From an uncultured Eubacteriales bacterium (GTDB taxonomy: Bacteria > Bacillota > Clostridia > Oscillospirales > Ruminococcaceae): a DNA stretch of 64,000 nt. This document shows positions 1 to 8,614 of the stretch, in pieces. The notes beneath the pieces were generated by a model that had not been told where the DNA came from, made no database searches, and saw only the letters and a program-made list of their open reading frames with translations. The position numbers were made by a program, and so were the translations under genes. The DNA lies in assembly GCA_900319075.1 (NCBI GenBank), contig ONMZ01000004.1, positions 2,357-66,356 of the forward strand, given 5' to 3'. Each line of letters opens with the position of its first letter. Positions within the stretch are counted from its first letter, which is position 1.

Positions 1-107
1 ATCATACAGACGTTGGTGACCATATGAAGCGTAGCGGTCAGGCTGCCGCCGATCTGCTTGTTAAGCTCGGCACGGGCGGCTTGTTTTATCTGTCTTACGC
101 TCATCAT
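1..107 (-). CDS. 5' part of a hypothetical protein (DUF975-like N-terminus), running off the window edge
   Basis: GGGGGA SD, then ATG at 107; reads MMSVRQIKQAARAELNKQIGG, open to position 1. Confidence 0.55.
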   Translation of the reverse strand, partial: MMSVRQIKQAARAELNKQIGGSLTATLHMVTNVCM

Positions 108-155
108 GGCTGTATCCCCCTTTTTTATCAGTGTTTACGGGACGCTGCCCCGGCT

Positions 156-818
156 TTATTCTTCGTCGGGATCTGTGCTTGAGAAGCTGTACTGCTCGAT
201 CTCCTCCCCTGCGGGGTAGGTGCAAAGGACCTCAAAAGCCTCGCTGCGCTGCCACATGGATGCTGTGACGATCACCTCAAAACCCTCACCGAAGTCGCAG
301 GAATAATCCATAGGACTGCGCTTTGGTATACCAAAACAGGAGAGCATATTCATGATGATCCCCCCGTGAGTAACTACGGCAACGTTAGTCAGACCCTCGT
401 ACATCATATCGGAAATGATGATCTGCAAAGCCTTATAGCAGCGGTTTATCACACTTCGCAGACTTTCTCCCCCGGGAGGAGGATTGTCAAGACCGCCCTT
501 GATAAAAGCCTTGTACTCATCGGTATCCATAAGGTCGGCGATTTTTTTATTTTCAAAGTCGCCAAAATCCATTTCCACCAGCTCGGGCAGCTCAACGGTG
601 AGCCTGTTTGGCTGCAAAATGCTTACTGTCTGCTTGCAGCGTTTGAGGGGCGAGGTATATACTTTCTGAGCCGGTGGGTATTCGTATTTTTCCAGCTTGT
701 CGTAAAGAGCCTGCGCTCCCTGACTGCTCAGAGGCAGGTCGGTTATACCGATATACCGTCCGTCGGCATTTGCCTCGGTCATTCCATGTCGTATAAATGT
801 TATGCGGTAGCCTTTCAT
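156..818 (-). CDS. Histidine phosphatase family protein (CobC/phosphoglycerate mutase-like)
   Basis: RHG motif (FIRHGMT), SPLKRC, E-x-DFG, VTHGG; AAAGGAG SD before ATG 818, so the ORF-track start at 1343 is overextended. Confidence 0.9.
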   Translation of the reverse strand: MKGYRITFIRHGMTEANADGRYIGITDLPLSSQGAQALYDKLEKYEYPPAQKVYTSPLKRCKQTVSILQPNRLTVELPELVEMDFGDFENKKIADLMDTDEYKAFIKGGLDNPPPGGESLRSVINRCYKALQIIISDMMYEGLTNVAVVTHGGIIMNMLSCFGIPKRSPMDYSCDFGEGFEVIVTASMWQRSEAFEVLCTYPAGEEIEQYSFSSTDPDEE

Positions 819-849
819 CTGATGTACTCCTTTCAGGCGCTTGTGTCTA

Positions 850-878
850 TTTACAAAAGTGAATAAATGTGCTATAAT
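850..878 (+). promoter_or_regulatory. sigma-A promoter for the XRE gene (possibly also apbE-rnf)
   Basis: TTTACA-17bp-TATAAT with TG extension. Confidence 0.65.
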
Positions 879-923
879 AAAGGTGTGTGTATTTAAGGTA
901 AGACAGTCAGGGAGGGGATAACT

Positions 924-1559
924 TTGTACAGTGGTCGAAGCACCCCGGCGGAAAAAGAAAAAATGCTGGAAATAGGGGAAAAACTTGCCGCCGCAAGAAA
1001 AGCAGCGGGGTTTACACAGTCCCGTGCAGCACAAGCCGCAGGCAGGACCCAGTCGTATCTTTCCGCTGTTGAACACGGGAAAAAAGCTTTTTCCGTGGGA
1101 TTTATCCTTGACCTTATTGCCCTTTACGGTGTCAGCTATGAAGCGATCTTCGGGGAATGTGCCGCAAACGGCAGTTTGCCGCCGGATACAAAGGCGGAAC
1201 AAAGCAAAGCCCGGCAGGCGCTGAGTCTGCTTGAGGAACTGGTGAGAAACTCCGGATCGGAGCTGCTGGAAAAGGGAGTTGAGGATCATGTCAAGCTTTG
1301 CATATATGCCCTGCTCAGACAGCTGTACCAGGCAAATCCCCACAACACATCAAGGGTGTTTTCCGCAGATGCACAAAAGGAGTTTGAGGCCATTTTAAAG
1401 ATCATCAGGCAGATGCCCCGGCACACCGAGAGTATCCTGCGTGGCTGCCGCATAGATTGCAGCAGGCTTGAGCTTGCACAGGAAAAGGGGCATGAGCTTC
1501 GCACCTTTATAAAAGAATGTGAAGAGCTTTTAGGCTGCGGCGAAGAAGATACCACCTGA
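924..1559 (+). CDS. XRE-family HTH transcriptional regulator with unknown C-terminal domain
   Basis: IGEKLAAARKAAGFTQSRAA...TQSYLSAVEHG HTH_3 pattern; GGAGG SD before TTG 924 (alternative ATG 963). Confidence 0.8.
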   Translation: MYSGRSTPAEKEKMLEIGEKLAAARKAAGFTQSRAAQAAGRTQSYLSAVEHGKKAFSVGFILDLIALYGVSYEAIFGECAANGSLPPDTKAEQSKARQALSLLEELVRNSGSELLEKGVEDHVKLCIYALLRQLYQANPHNTSRVFSADAQKEFEAILKIIRQMPRHTESILRGCRIDCSRLELAQEKGHELRTFIKECEELLGCGEEDTT

Positions 1560-1580
1560 AGTCATTAGCTTTACAGTTAG

Positions 1581-1609
1581 AGTATAGCATATTTTTTCCG
1601 TATTTTCAA
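1581..1609 (-). promoter_or_regulatory. Putative sigma-A promoter pointing antisense into the XRE gene
   Basis: Minus strand TTGAAA-17bp-TATACT with TG extension. Confidence 0.5.
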
Positions 1610-1636
1610 GAGGATATTTGGCATTGGAGGCACAGT

Positions 1637-2644
1637 ATGAGTATACGCAAAAAAACGGCAGGAGCAATAATGAGCATATGTCTTGCCTGTATACTTACCG
1701 TGTCCTGTGCAGACAGCTCATCTTCAAAGGGATATAAGGAAAGTACGGTTTTTGCCATGGATGCGTCCTGCACTGCCCGTGTGTGGGGCGCACAGCCGGG
1801 GCAGGTCACAGACGAGATAATCCGGCTTGATAAGGAGCTTGACTGTCATAACAGCAACAGTGCCCTTTCAAAGCTCAACAGCAGCGGCAAAGGGGAGCTT
1901 TCAAAGGATCTGAAAGAATTTCTTGAAGCCTCGGCGGCGCTGACGGAAAAGTACCCATCCGGGGATATAACCATCGGGGCGGTGACAAAGCTGTGGGATG
2001 TTACAGGGGAATCACCTGCGGTCCCATCTGAGGGGGAGATACAAAAAGCTCTTGATACCTGCGGCATTGAAAATATCCGCATAAGCGGCGACAGCTGCAC
2101 CCTTGAAAACAAAGCGCAGATAGACCCCGGCGCAGCGGCAAAGGGGTATGCCCTTGACAAAGCCAGAGAAAAGCTGAAAGAGCTGAATGCACAGTGTGCT
2201 GTGGTCTCAATGGGTTCCTCCACCCTGCTTTACGGACAAAAACCCGACGGTAAGGATTTTTCCGTGGCGGTGAAAGACCCTGAGAATAAGGGGAACTATG
2301 CGCTGAGATTCACCTGCGGTGAGTGTTTCGTTTCCACATCAGGGGGCTATGAAAGGTTTTTTGAATCCGGGGGGAAACGATATATACATATCTTTGACAA
2401 GACTACCGGAAAGCCGGTGCAAAGCGATCTGGCAAGCGTTACGGTGATCTGTGAAAACGGCTTGATGTCCGATCAGCTTTCCACCTGCATTTTTATAGAC
2501 GGCAAGGCAAAGCTTAAAGAATATATGCAAAAGCCCGGCATAGATGTTATCGCCATTGATGAAAAGGGTAACATTTATGCCTCTGACGGCATAAAAGATA
2601 AAATAACAATTGAAAATAAAAGCTGCTCCTTCGGGCAGCTGTAA
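1637..2644 (+). CDS. apbE: FAD:protein FMN transferase (lipoprotein)
   Basis: Lipobox LTVSC; IDPGAAAKGYALD, STSGGYERFF, HIFD; directly upstream of rnf. Confidence 0.92.
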   Translation: MSIRKKTAGAIMSICLACILTVSCADSSSSKGYKESTVFAMDASCTARVWGAQPGQVTDEIIRLDKELDCHNSNSALSKLNSSGKGELSKDLKEFLEASAALTEKYPSGDITIGAVTKLWDVTGESPAVPSEGEIQKALDTCGIENIRISGDSCTLENKAQIDPGAAAKGYALDKAREKLKELNAQCAVVSMGSSTLLYGQKPDGKDFSVAVKDPENKGNYALRFTCGECFVSTSGGYERFFESGGKRYIHIFDKTTGKPVQSDLASVTVICENGLMSDQLSTCIFIDGKAKLKEYMQKPGIDVIAIDEKGNIYASDGIKDKITIENKSCSFGQL

Positions 2645-2661
2645 AACGGGAAGGTCAGAAA

Positions 2662-3960
2662 ATGAAGATAAAGGGTTTGATCCTTGACCATAAAAAGAAT
2701 ACCTCCGGGGCAAAAACCGTAGAGCTTCCGCTGCCAAAACAGGTGCGCATAGCCATGCAGCAGTGCGGCGGTGCAGCCTGTGATGTGCTTGTAAAGCCGG
2801 GGGATAAGGTATTTGTGGGACAGAAGATAGGTGACAGCGACAAGTATATGTCCGTGCCGGTACACTCTTCTGTGTCGGGAAAGGTAACAGGTATAAGCGA
2901 GCTTTTACAGGTAGGCGGAAGGACCTGTAAGTGCGTTGATATTGAAACAGACGGAGAGCAGACGCTGTATGAGGGGATAAAGCCCCCTGAGGTAACAGAC
3001 GCAGAAAGCTTTTGCACAGCACTTAGAGAGTCGGGCTGCTGCGGACTTGGGGGAGCAGGCTTTCCAACCCATGTAAAACTGGGTTTTGATCAAGAGAAAT
3101 ATAAGGTGGATACGCTTATAATAAATGCCGCCGAATGCGAGCCGTACCTTACAGGCGACCACCGCACCATGCTTGAGGACACAGCCGACATTTTCGATGC
3201 CATAGGGGCAATAAAAAAATACATTGGCATTAAAAACGTTCACATAGGTATAGAAAAAAACAAGCCTGATGCCATAGATGTTATGCGTGGCAATGCCGCA
3301 AAGTATGACAGCTCGGTGAGAATAACCGCCCTTGATACAAAGTATCCCCAGGGTGCGGAAAAGGTCATAGTATATAACCTTACCGGAAAGATCATCAGAG
3401 AGGGACAGATACCTGCGGACGTGGGAGTTGTTGTGATGAACGTTTCCACCTGTGCGTTTATAGGAAAATATCTGCGAACGGGAATGCCGCTTGTGAGCAA
3501 AAGGCTGACAGTCAGCGGTGACGCCGTGGGCAGTCCCTGTAACGTAAATGTCCCCATAGGTACCAGCTTTGAGGACGTTTTATGGTATGCCGACAGCGAC
3601 CCGGAAAAGATAGGAAAGGTCATTGCAGGCGGCCCGATGATGGGGACAGACATTTTTGACCTTCAGGATCCTGTGTGCAAGACCTGCAGCGGTATACTTG
3701 CCATGAGGCAGGGCGGGGACCGTCCCGGAGAAAGGGTGCAGACAGCCTGCATACGCTGCGGAAGATGCATAAAGGTATGCCCGGTGGGGCTGATGCCTAC
3801 GGTGCTTGAAAAAGCGTTTGATAAAAAGGACAGAAAAACTTTGTCCAAAATGAAGGTGTCGCTGTGTATGAACTGCGGCAGCTGTTCATACGTGTGTCCG
3901 GCAAAAAGAGACCTTGCAGAGAAAAACCAGCTTGCCAAGGCTTTGCTCAGGACAATTTAA
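2662..3960 (+). CDS. rnfC: Rnf complex subunit C
   Basis: GLGGAGFPT, NAAECEPY, YPQGAEK, two 4Fe-4S motifs (CIRCGRC..CP, CMNCGSC..CP). Confidence 0.96.
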   Translation: MKIKGLILDHKKNTSGAKTVELPLPKQVRIAMQQCGGAACDVLVKPGDKVFVGQKIGDSDKYMSVPVHSSVSGKVTGISELLQVGGRTCKCVDIETDGEQTLYEGIKPPEVTDAESFCTALRESGCCGLGGAGFPTHVKLGFDQEKYKVDTLIINAAECEPYLTGDHRTMLEDTADIFDAIGAIKKYIGIKNVHIGIEKNKPDAIDVMRGNAAKYDSSVRITALDTKYPQGAEKVIVYNLTGKIIREGQIPADVGVVVMNVSTCAFIGKYLRTGMPLVSKRLTVSGDAVGSPCNVNVPIGTSFEDVLWYADSDPEKIGKVIAGGPMMGTDIFDLQDPVCKTCSGILAMRQGGDRPGERVQTACIRCGRCIKVCPVGLMPTVLEKAFDKKDRKTLSKMKVSLCMNCGSCSYVCPAKRDLAEKNQLAKALLRTI

Positions 3961-3972
3961 GGAGGGTAAATC

Positions 3973-4914
3973 TTGAAAGATCTAACGGTCAGTCCGTCAC
4001 CTCATATACGCAGCAATGTGACCACTTCCAGGATAATGCTGCACGTTATGATAGCTCTTTTGCCTGCCCTGGTCATGTCGGCGGTCATCTTCGGAGCCGA
4101 GGCTTTGATACTTACAGGGGTTTGTATGCTGTCTGCGTTTGTGTGGGAGCGGCTGTGCAATATAGTTATGAAAAGACCCAACACCACCGGCGACCTTTCG
4201 GCGCTTGTGACGGGAATGATACTTGCGTTCAACCTCCCCTCGGGTCTGCCATACTGGATGGGGATAATAGGTACGTTTACTGCAATAGTTGTGACAAAAC
4301 AGATCTTTGGCGGACTGGGACAGAACTTTGCAAACCCGGCTATCGTGGGAAGGATAGTGCTTATGCTTTCCTTCACAGGGGAGATGACCAGCTGGCCAAA
4401 GGCTCTTGTGGAAACCGATGCAGTCACATCTGCAACTCCTCTTGTGGCAAGCTCCGGACAGTATTCATACCTTGACCTTTTCCTTGGCTTCCATCCCGGC
4501 AGTCTGGGAGAGGTGTGCGGAGCTGCGCTTATAGCAGGGGGATTGTATCTGGTGGTCATGAGGGTGATAGTGCCCCATATCCCACTTGCATTTGTGGGAA
4601 CGGTGTTTGTTTTTTCCTGGATAGCAGGCAGGGATCCTGTTTATCAGATACTCTCCGGGGGTCTGCTGCTGGGGGCGATATTTATGGCAACGGATTATGT
4701 CACCAGCCCGGTCTCAAACAGCGGAAAAATAATCTTCGGCATCGGCTGCGGTATCCTCACCTGCGTTATAAGGTTTTATGCCAACTACCCGGAGGGAGTA
4801 TCTTTTGCAATACTGCTTATGAATATCGTTACTCCGTATATAGACCTGCTTACACGGCGCAGACCCTTTGGGTCGGCACCGGTCAAAAAGGAGGAGGCGG
4901 AAAATGAAAAGTAA
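3973..4914 (+). CDS. rnfD: Rnf complex subunit D
   Basis: SPSPHI, KQIFGGLGQNFANPA, flavinylation site TSATPL, FMATDYVTSP, YPEGVSFAIL. Confidence 0.96.
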   Translation: MKDLTVSPSPHIRSNVTTSRIMLHVMIALLPALVMSAVIFGAEALILTGVCMLSAFVWERLCNIVMKRPNTTGDLSALVTGMILAFNLPSGLPYWMGIIGTFTAIVVTKQIFGGLGQNFANPAIVGRIVLMLSFTGEMTSWPKALVETDAVTSATPLVASSGQYSYLDLFLGFHPGSLGEVCGAALIAGGLYLVVMRVIVPHIPLAFVGTVFVFSWIAGRDPVYQILSGGLLLGAIFMATDYVTSPVSNSGKIIFGIGCGILTCVIRFYANYPEGVSFAILLMNIVTPYIDLLTRRRPFGSAPVKKEEAENEK

Positions 4915-5461
4915 AGTTATGCCGCCGCTGATCCTGACGCTGATATGCGCTGCGGTGTGCGCCCTTGTGGTGCTTGCCCACGAGGTGACATATGTTGACA
5001 ACACAGGCGTGCTCACCAAGGAGATGAAAGAGGGCTGCATCGAAATATTCGGACAGGGTGATTACGAGATACTTACCCGCACCGAGAAGGGCGAAAAAAA
5101 GGTGATAGATTTCGGCTTTGACCATGTCAACTCTATAATCACCGACAAAAAAAACAGCAACTGCCTTATAGAGCTTACCTGTGACGGTTACGCAAAAGGC
5201 GGGCTTCACCTTATGGTGGGAATAGACAAAGAGGGGAAGATAAGGGGACTGTATTTTCTGTCCAACGGCGAAACTCCGGGACTGGGAGCGAATGTGGCGA
5301 ATAAGGATTATACCGATAAATTCACCGATAAAAGCCGGGATCATCAGATAGACGATGTGGACGATCTTACAGCTGCCACATACTCCTCAAAGGGCTTGAA
5401 AAAAGCCTGCAAAGAGGCGCTTGAAATTTACAGCAAACATAAGGAGGAGATATTTGCATGA
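4904..5461 (+). CDS. rnfG: Rnf complex subunit G (FMN-binding)
   Basis: N-terminal TM, GY..G, ETPGLG, TAATYSS; GGAGG SD before ATG 4904. Confidence 0.9.
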   Translation: MKSKVMPPLILTLICAAVCALVVLAHEVTYVDNTGVLTKEMKEGCIEIFGQGDYEILTRTEKGEKKVIDFGFDHVNSIITDKKNSNCLIELTCDGYAKGGLHLMVGIDKEGKIRGLYFLSNGETPGLGANVANKDYTDKFTDKSRDHQIDDVDDLTAATYSSKGLKKACKEALEIYSKHKEEIFA

Positions 5462-6126
5462 ACGGGGAAAGAACCGCCCTTTATGACTTTACAAAGGGAA
5501 TAATAAAAGAAAACCCCGTGCTGGTCACCCTGCTTGGAATGTGCCCCACCCTTGCGGTGACGGTGCTGGCGGTGAATGGTATAGGAATGGGTCTTGCCAC
5601 CACGTTTGTTCTGGTTTGCTCAAATCTTGTTATCTCTGTTCTTAAAAACGTAATACCCAAGGCTGTGCGTCTGCCCTGCTTTATAGTTATCATAGCAGGC
5701 TTTGTGACCTTCATAGACTTTATGCTCAAAGGCTACCTGCCGGGACTTCATTCGGCTCTTGGGGTGTTTTTACAGCTTATCACCGTAAACTGCATAATCC
5801 TTGGCAGGGCAGAGGCGTTTGCCAGCAGAAATAATGTGGGACGCTCGCTGCTTGACGGACTGGGAATGGGTATAGGCTTTACCCTTGCCCTTTTTACCAT
5901 GGGCTCTGTGCGTGAGATACTGGGGCTTGGAAGCTGGATGGGATTGAAGATACCATACCTTTGCGACAATCCAATGACCATATTCATAATGCCGGCGGGA
6001 GGATTTTTCGTCCTTGGCTGTCTTATTGCACTGGTGAACAAGATAGCAAAGCGCAAGCCTCCAAAAGAGATCTCCTGCGAGAACTGTCCCAATGCGGCAG
6101 GCTGCTCCGGGCAATGTAAGGCGTAA
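5458..6126 (+). CDS. rnfE: Rnf complex subunit E
   Basis: ENPVLVTLLGMCPTLAVT, LITVNCIILGRAEAFA. Confidence 0.96.
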   Translation: MNGERTALYDFTKGIIKENPVLVTLLGMCPTLAVTVLAVNGIGMGLATTFVLVCSNLVISVLKNVIPKAVRLPCFIVIIAGFVTFIDFMLKGYLPGLHSALGVFLQLITVNCIILGRAEAFASRNNVGRSLLDGLGMGIGFTLALFTMGSVREILGLGSWMGLKIPYLCDNPMTIFIMPAGGFFVLGCLIALVNKIAKRKPPKEISCENCPNAAGCSGQCKA

Positions 6127-6141
6127 GGGGGGCAGGGACGT

Positions 6142-6711
6142 ATGACATATGTACTTATCCTTGTGGGATGCGTTTTTGTGAATAATGTGGTGCTCTCTCA
6201 GTTTATGGGGATATGCGCCTTTCTTGGGGTATCAAAACAGCTCAAGTCCTCTGCGGGCATGGGCGCAGCGGTCATCTTTGTTATGATCTGCGCCACGGCG
6301 ATAACCTATCCGCTGTATAAACTTCTGGAGCATTTTGAAATGACCTATCTCAAAACCATCGCCTTTATTCTGGTGATCGCCATGTTTGTGCAGCTTGTGG
6401 AGATAATTATGAAAAAGAAGATGCACGCACTTTATAAAGCCCTTGGTGTCTATCTGCCTTTGATAACCACCAACTGTGCAGTGCTGGGTGTTACCCTTGG
6501 TAACATAAATAACGACTATACATTTTTGCAGTCCCTTACCAATGCCCTTGGAACAGGGCTGGCGTTCACCCTTGCTCTTTTGCTGTTCAGCGGGGTGCGC
6601 TCACGGATAGAGGACAACGACTTTCCCCAGGCTTTCAAGGGAGTGCCCGCAACCCTTATCGCCGCAGCAATAGTGTCGGTGAGCTTTATGGGCTTTGCAG
6701 GTATGATGTAA
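6142..6711 (+). CDS. rnfA: Rnf complex subunit A
   Basis: NNVVLSQFMGIC.FLGVS, LGVYLPLITTNCAVLG. Confidence 0.96.
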   Translation: MTYVLILVGCVFVNNVVLSQFMGICAFLGVSKQLKSSAGMGAAVIFVMICATAITYPLYKLLEHFEMTYLKTIAFILVIAMFVQLVEIIMKKKMHALYKALGVYLPLITTNCAVLGVTLGNINNDYTFLQSLTNALGTGLAFTLALLLFSGVRSRIEDNDFPQAFKGVPATLIAAAIVSVSFMGFAGMM

Positions 6712-6744
6712 AGGAAAACCAATTGAAAAGGAGAAAATTTCCTT

Positions 6745-7533
6745 ATGAATATACTTATCGCTGTGGGGATATTTGCCCTTATCGGTCTTGTGGCAGGCAT
6801 ACTTCTCACAGTTGCTTCAAAGGTCTTTGAGGTCAGGGTAGACGAGAGGATAGAAAAGATAAACGATGCCCTTCCCCAGGTCAATTGCGGATCCTGCGGT
6901 TTTTCAGGTTGTTCGGATTATGCCGAGGCTATCGTTTCCAAGGGGGCAGGGTGCGATATGTGCCGCCCGGGAGGGGAAAAGACCGCAAAGGAGATAGCTA
7001 AGATAATGGGTGTTGACGTAACGGTCAGCGAGCCGGAGGTGGCGTTTGTGCGCTGTCACGGGGACTGTCATATAACGCCTCATAAATATCTCTTCGGCGG
7101 AGTCCAGAGCTGTGCAGCCTGCAACAGATTTTACAGCGGCAGCAAGACCTGCACCAGCGGATGTCTGGGCTACGGCGACTGTGCACATATTTGTCCCCAG
7201 GGGGCAATATCCATAATCGACAGGATAGCCAAGGTGGACAAATCAAAATGTATAGGCTGCGGATTGTGCGTAGATGCCTGTCCCAACGGGCTTATAGTGG
7301 TAAGAAAGATATCCCAGAGCGTTGATGTGACCTGTTCTTCAAAGGATAGTGCAAGGGTGACAAAATCACTTTGCGAGGGCGGCTGCGTGGGGTGCAAGCT
7401 GTGTGAAAAGAACTGTGAAAAGGGCGCTATCCATATTGTCGATAACCATGCGGTGATAGATTACGATAAGTGTGACAACTGTGGAAAATGCGCTGACGTT
7501 TGTAAAATAGGCTCTGTGATGAGACTGGGGTAA
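6745..7533 (+). CDS. rnfB: Rnf complex subunit B (polyferredoxin)
   Basis: N-terminal TM, LPQVNCGSCGFSGC, CRPGG, several CxxCxxCxxxC motifs. Confidence 0.95.
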   Translation: MNILIAVGIFALIGLVAGILLTVASKVFEVRVDERIEKINDALPQVNCGSCGFSGCSDYAEAIVSKGAGCDMCRPGGEKTAKEIAKIMGVDVTVSEPEVAFVRCHGDCHITPHKYLFGGVQSCAACNRFYSGSKTCTSGCLGYGDCAHICPQGAISIIDRIAKVDKSKCIGCGLCVDACPNGLIVVRKISQSVDVTCSSKDSARVTKSLCEGGCVGCKLCEKNCEKGAIHIVDNHAVIDYDKCDNCGKCADVCKIGSVMRLG

Positions 7534-7560
7534 GGTAGAAACGCAAAAGGGGGAGAAAAG

Positions 7561-8562
7561 ATGGAAGTTATTAAATCAAACTGGCGTGACGAAGCGCTTC
7601 AGCTGCCTCTTGCAGATCTGAAAAAAATATATGAACATAAGAAAAAGATGAGAAAGCTGTCAACCAGCACGCCTTTTGTTTTTTCACTTTGTGCTATATT
7701 GGCCGCCACGATCGCCTATCTTTTGATGAATGTCTCTAACATTGCATCCAAAGGGCAGCTCGCACTTTTCTTTACAGCGGTAGCCATATCTGTTGTAGCT
7801 TTGATATGGCGCTATATTATTGCTTTTTCCACCAAAGAAAAAAAGGGCAGCAACATAGTGCTGATAATATCTGCTGTTGAACTTGTCTTACAGGTGGTAC
7901 TCTCCCACTATTTATCTACCTGGATCTACCTTGCTTTTTCAATACTTATATCCATATATCTGATACTTATACGTCCGTATGTTATCCAGGCGGACCGGGA
8001 TATTGATTTTCTGCGTTCCATGCCCACTTTTCCCTTCAACGAGAGGATATCATCGCAGATGTTTGAGGTGGCTGAACAAAAGAGAAAGATGCAGCTTATA
8101 GAATCCGCAAAGGGCAATATTTACAGCGACAACGCCGAGCAGATCTTTGAGATGCCCGTTCCCGAGCCGCCGCAGTACGAAAAGGGGGATACCCCCGAGG
8201 ACTATCTGCAAAGAAAGCATATGTATATAGACGGCAAGTTCACAAAGACCTCGCTTACCGATGAGGAATATGACAGGCAGGAGGACGAGCATTACGAGCG
8301 AAGAATGTTTACCGACAGAAAGAAAAAAGCCGAGGGTTTGCCGATAGCACCCGAAGCTATCCCGGACGACGGGACGCTGCAGAATATGAACTATAACGAA
8401 AGGCATCAGCCCAATGCAGATGAGATAGTTATTTCTCAGGACGTATTTGCCGAGGACTTTGAGCAGCTGGAAAGAAAGATAAAGCAGCCCAAAGAGGACG
8501 ACATAAAGGTATCTGATGATGTACAGCTTGAGGACTTTGATTTTTCCGACAGGACACAGTGA
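7561..8562 (+). CDS. Hypothetical membrane protein (about 4 TM) with acidic cytoplasmic tail
   Basis: GGGGAG SD; hydrophobic segments at aa ~38-138; D/E-rich C-terminus. Confidence 0.75.
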   Translation: MEVIKSNWRDEALQLPLADLKKIYEHKKKMRKLSTSTPFVFSLCAILAATIAYLLMNVSNIASKGQLALFFTAVAISVVALIWRYIIAFSTKEKKGSNIVLIISAVELVLQVVLSHYLSTWIYLAFSILISIYLILIRPYVIQADRDIDFLRSMPTFPFNERISSQMFEVAEQKRKMQLIESAKGNIYSDNAEQIFEMPVPEPPQYEKGDTPEDYLQRKHMYIDGKFTKTSLTDEEYDRQEDEHYERRMFTDRKKKAEGLPIAPEAIPDDGTLQNMNYNERHQPNADEIVISQDVFAEDFEQLERKIKQPKEDDIKVSDDVQLEDFDFSDRTQ

Positions 8563-8574
8563 ATTTCAGGCAAT

Positions 8575-8605
8575 AAAAAAGACCGCTTTATTGCGGTCTT
8601 TTTTT
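8575..8605. terminator. Bidirectional intrinsic terminator
   Basis: AAAAAAGACCGC-loop-GCGGTCTTTTTT between convergent genes. Confidence 0.85.
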
Positions 8606-8614
8606 AATGACTTT

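Noticed and set aside
819-1343. 175-codon in-frame N-terminal extension of the phosphatase ORF
   Set aside because: Mostly antisense to the XRE gene, not protein-like, and a strong SD sits at ATG 818.
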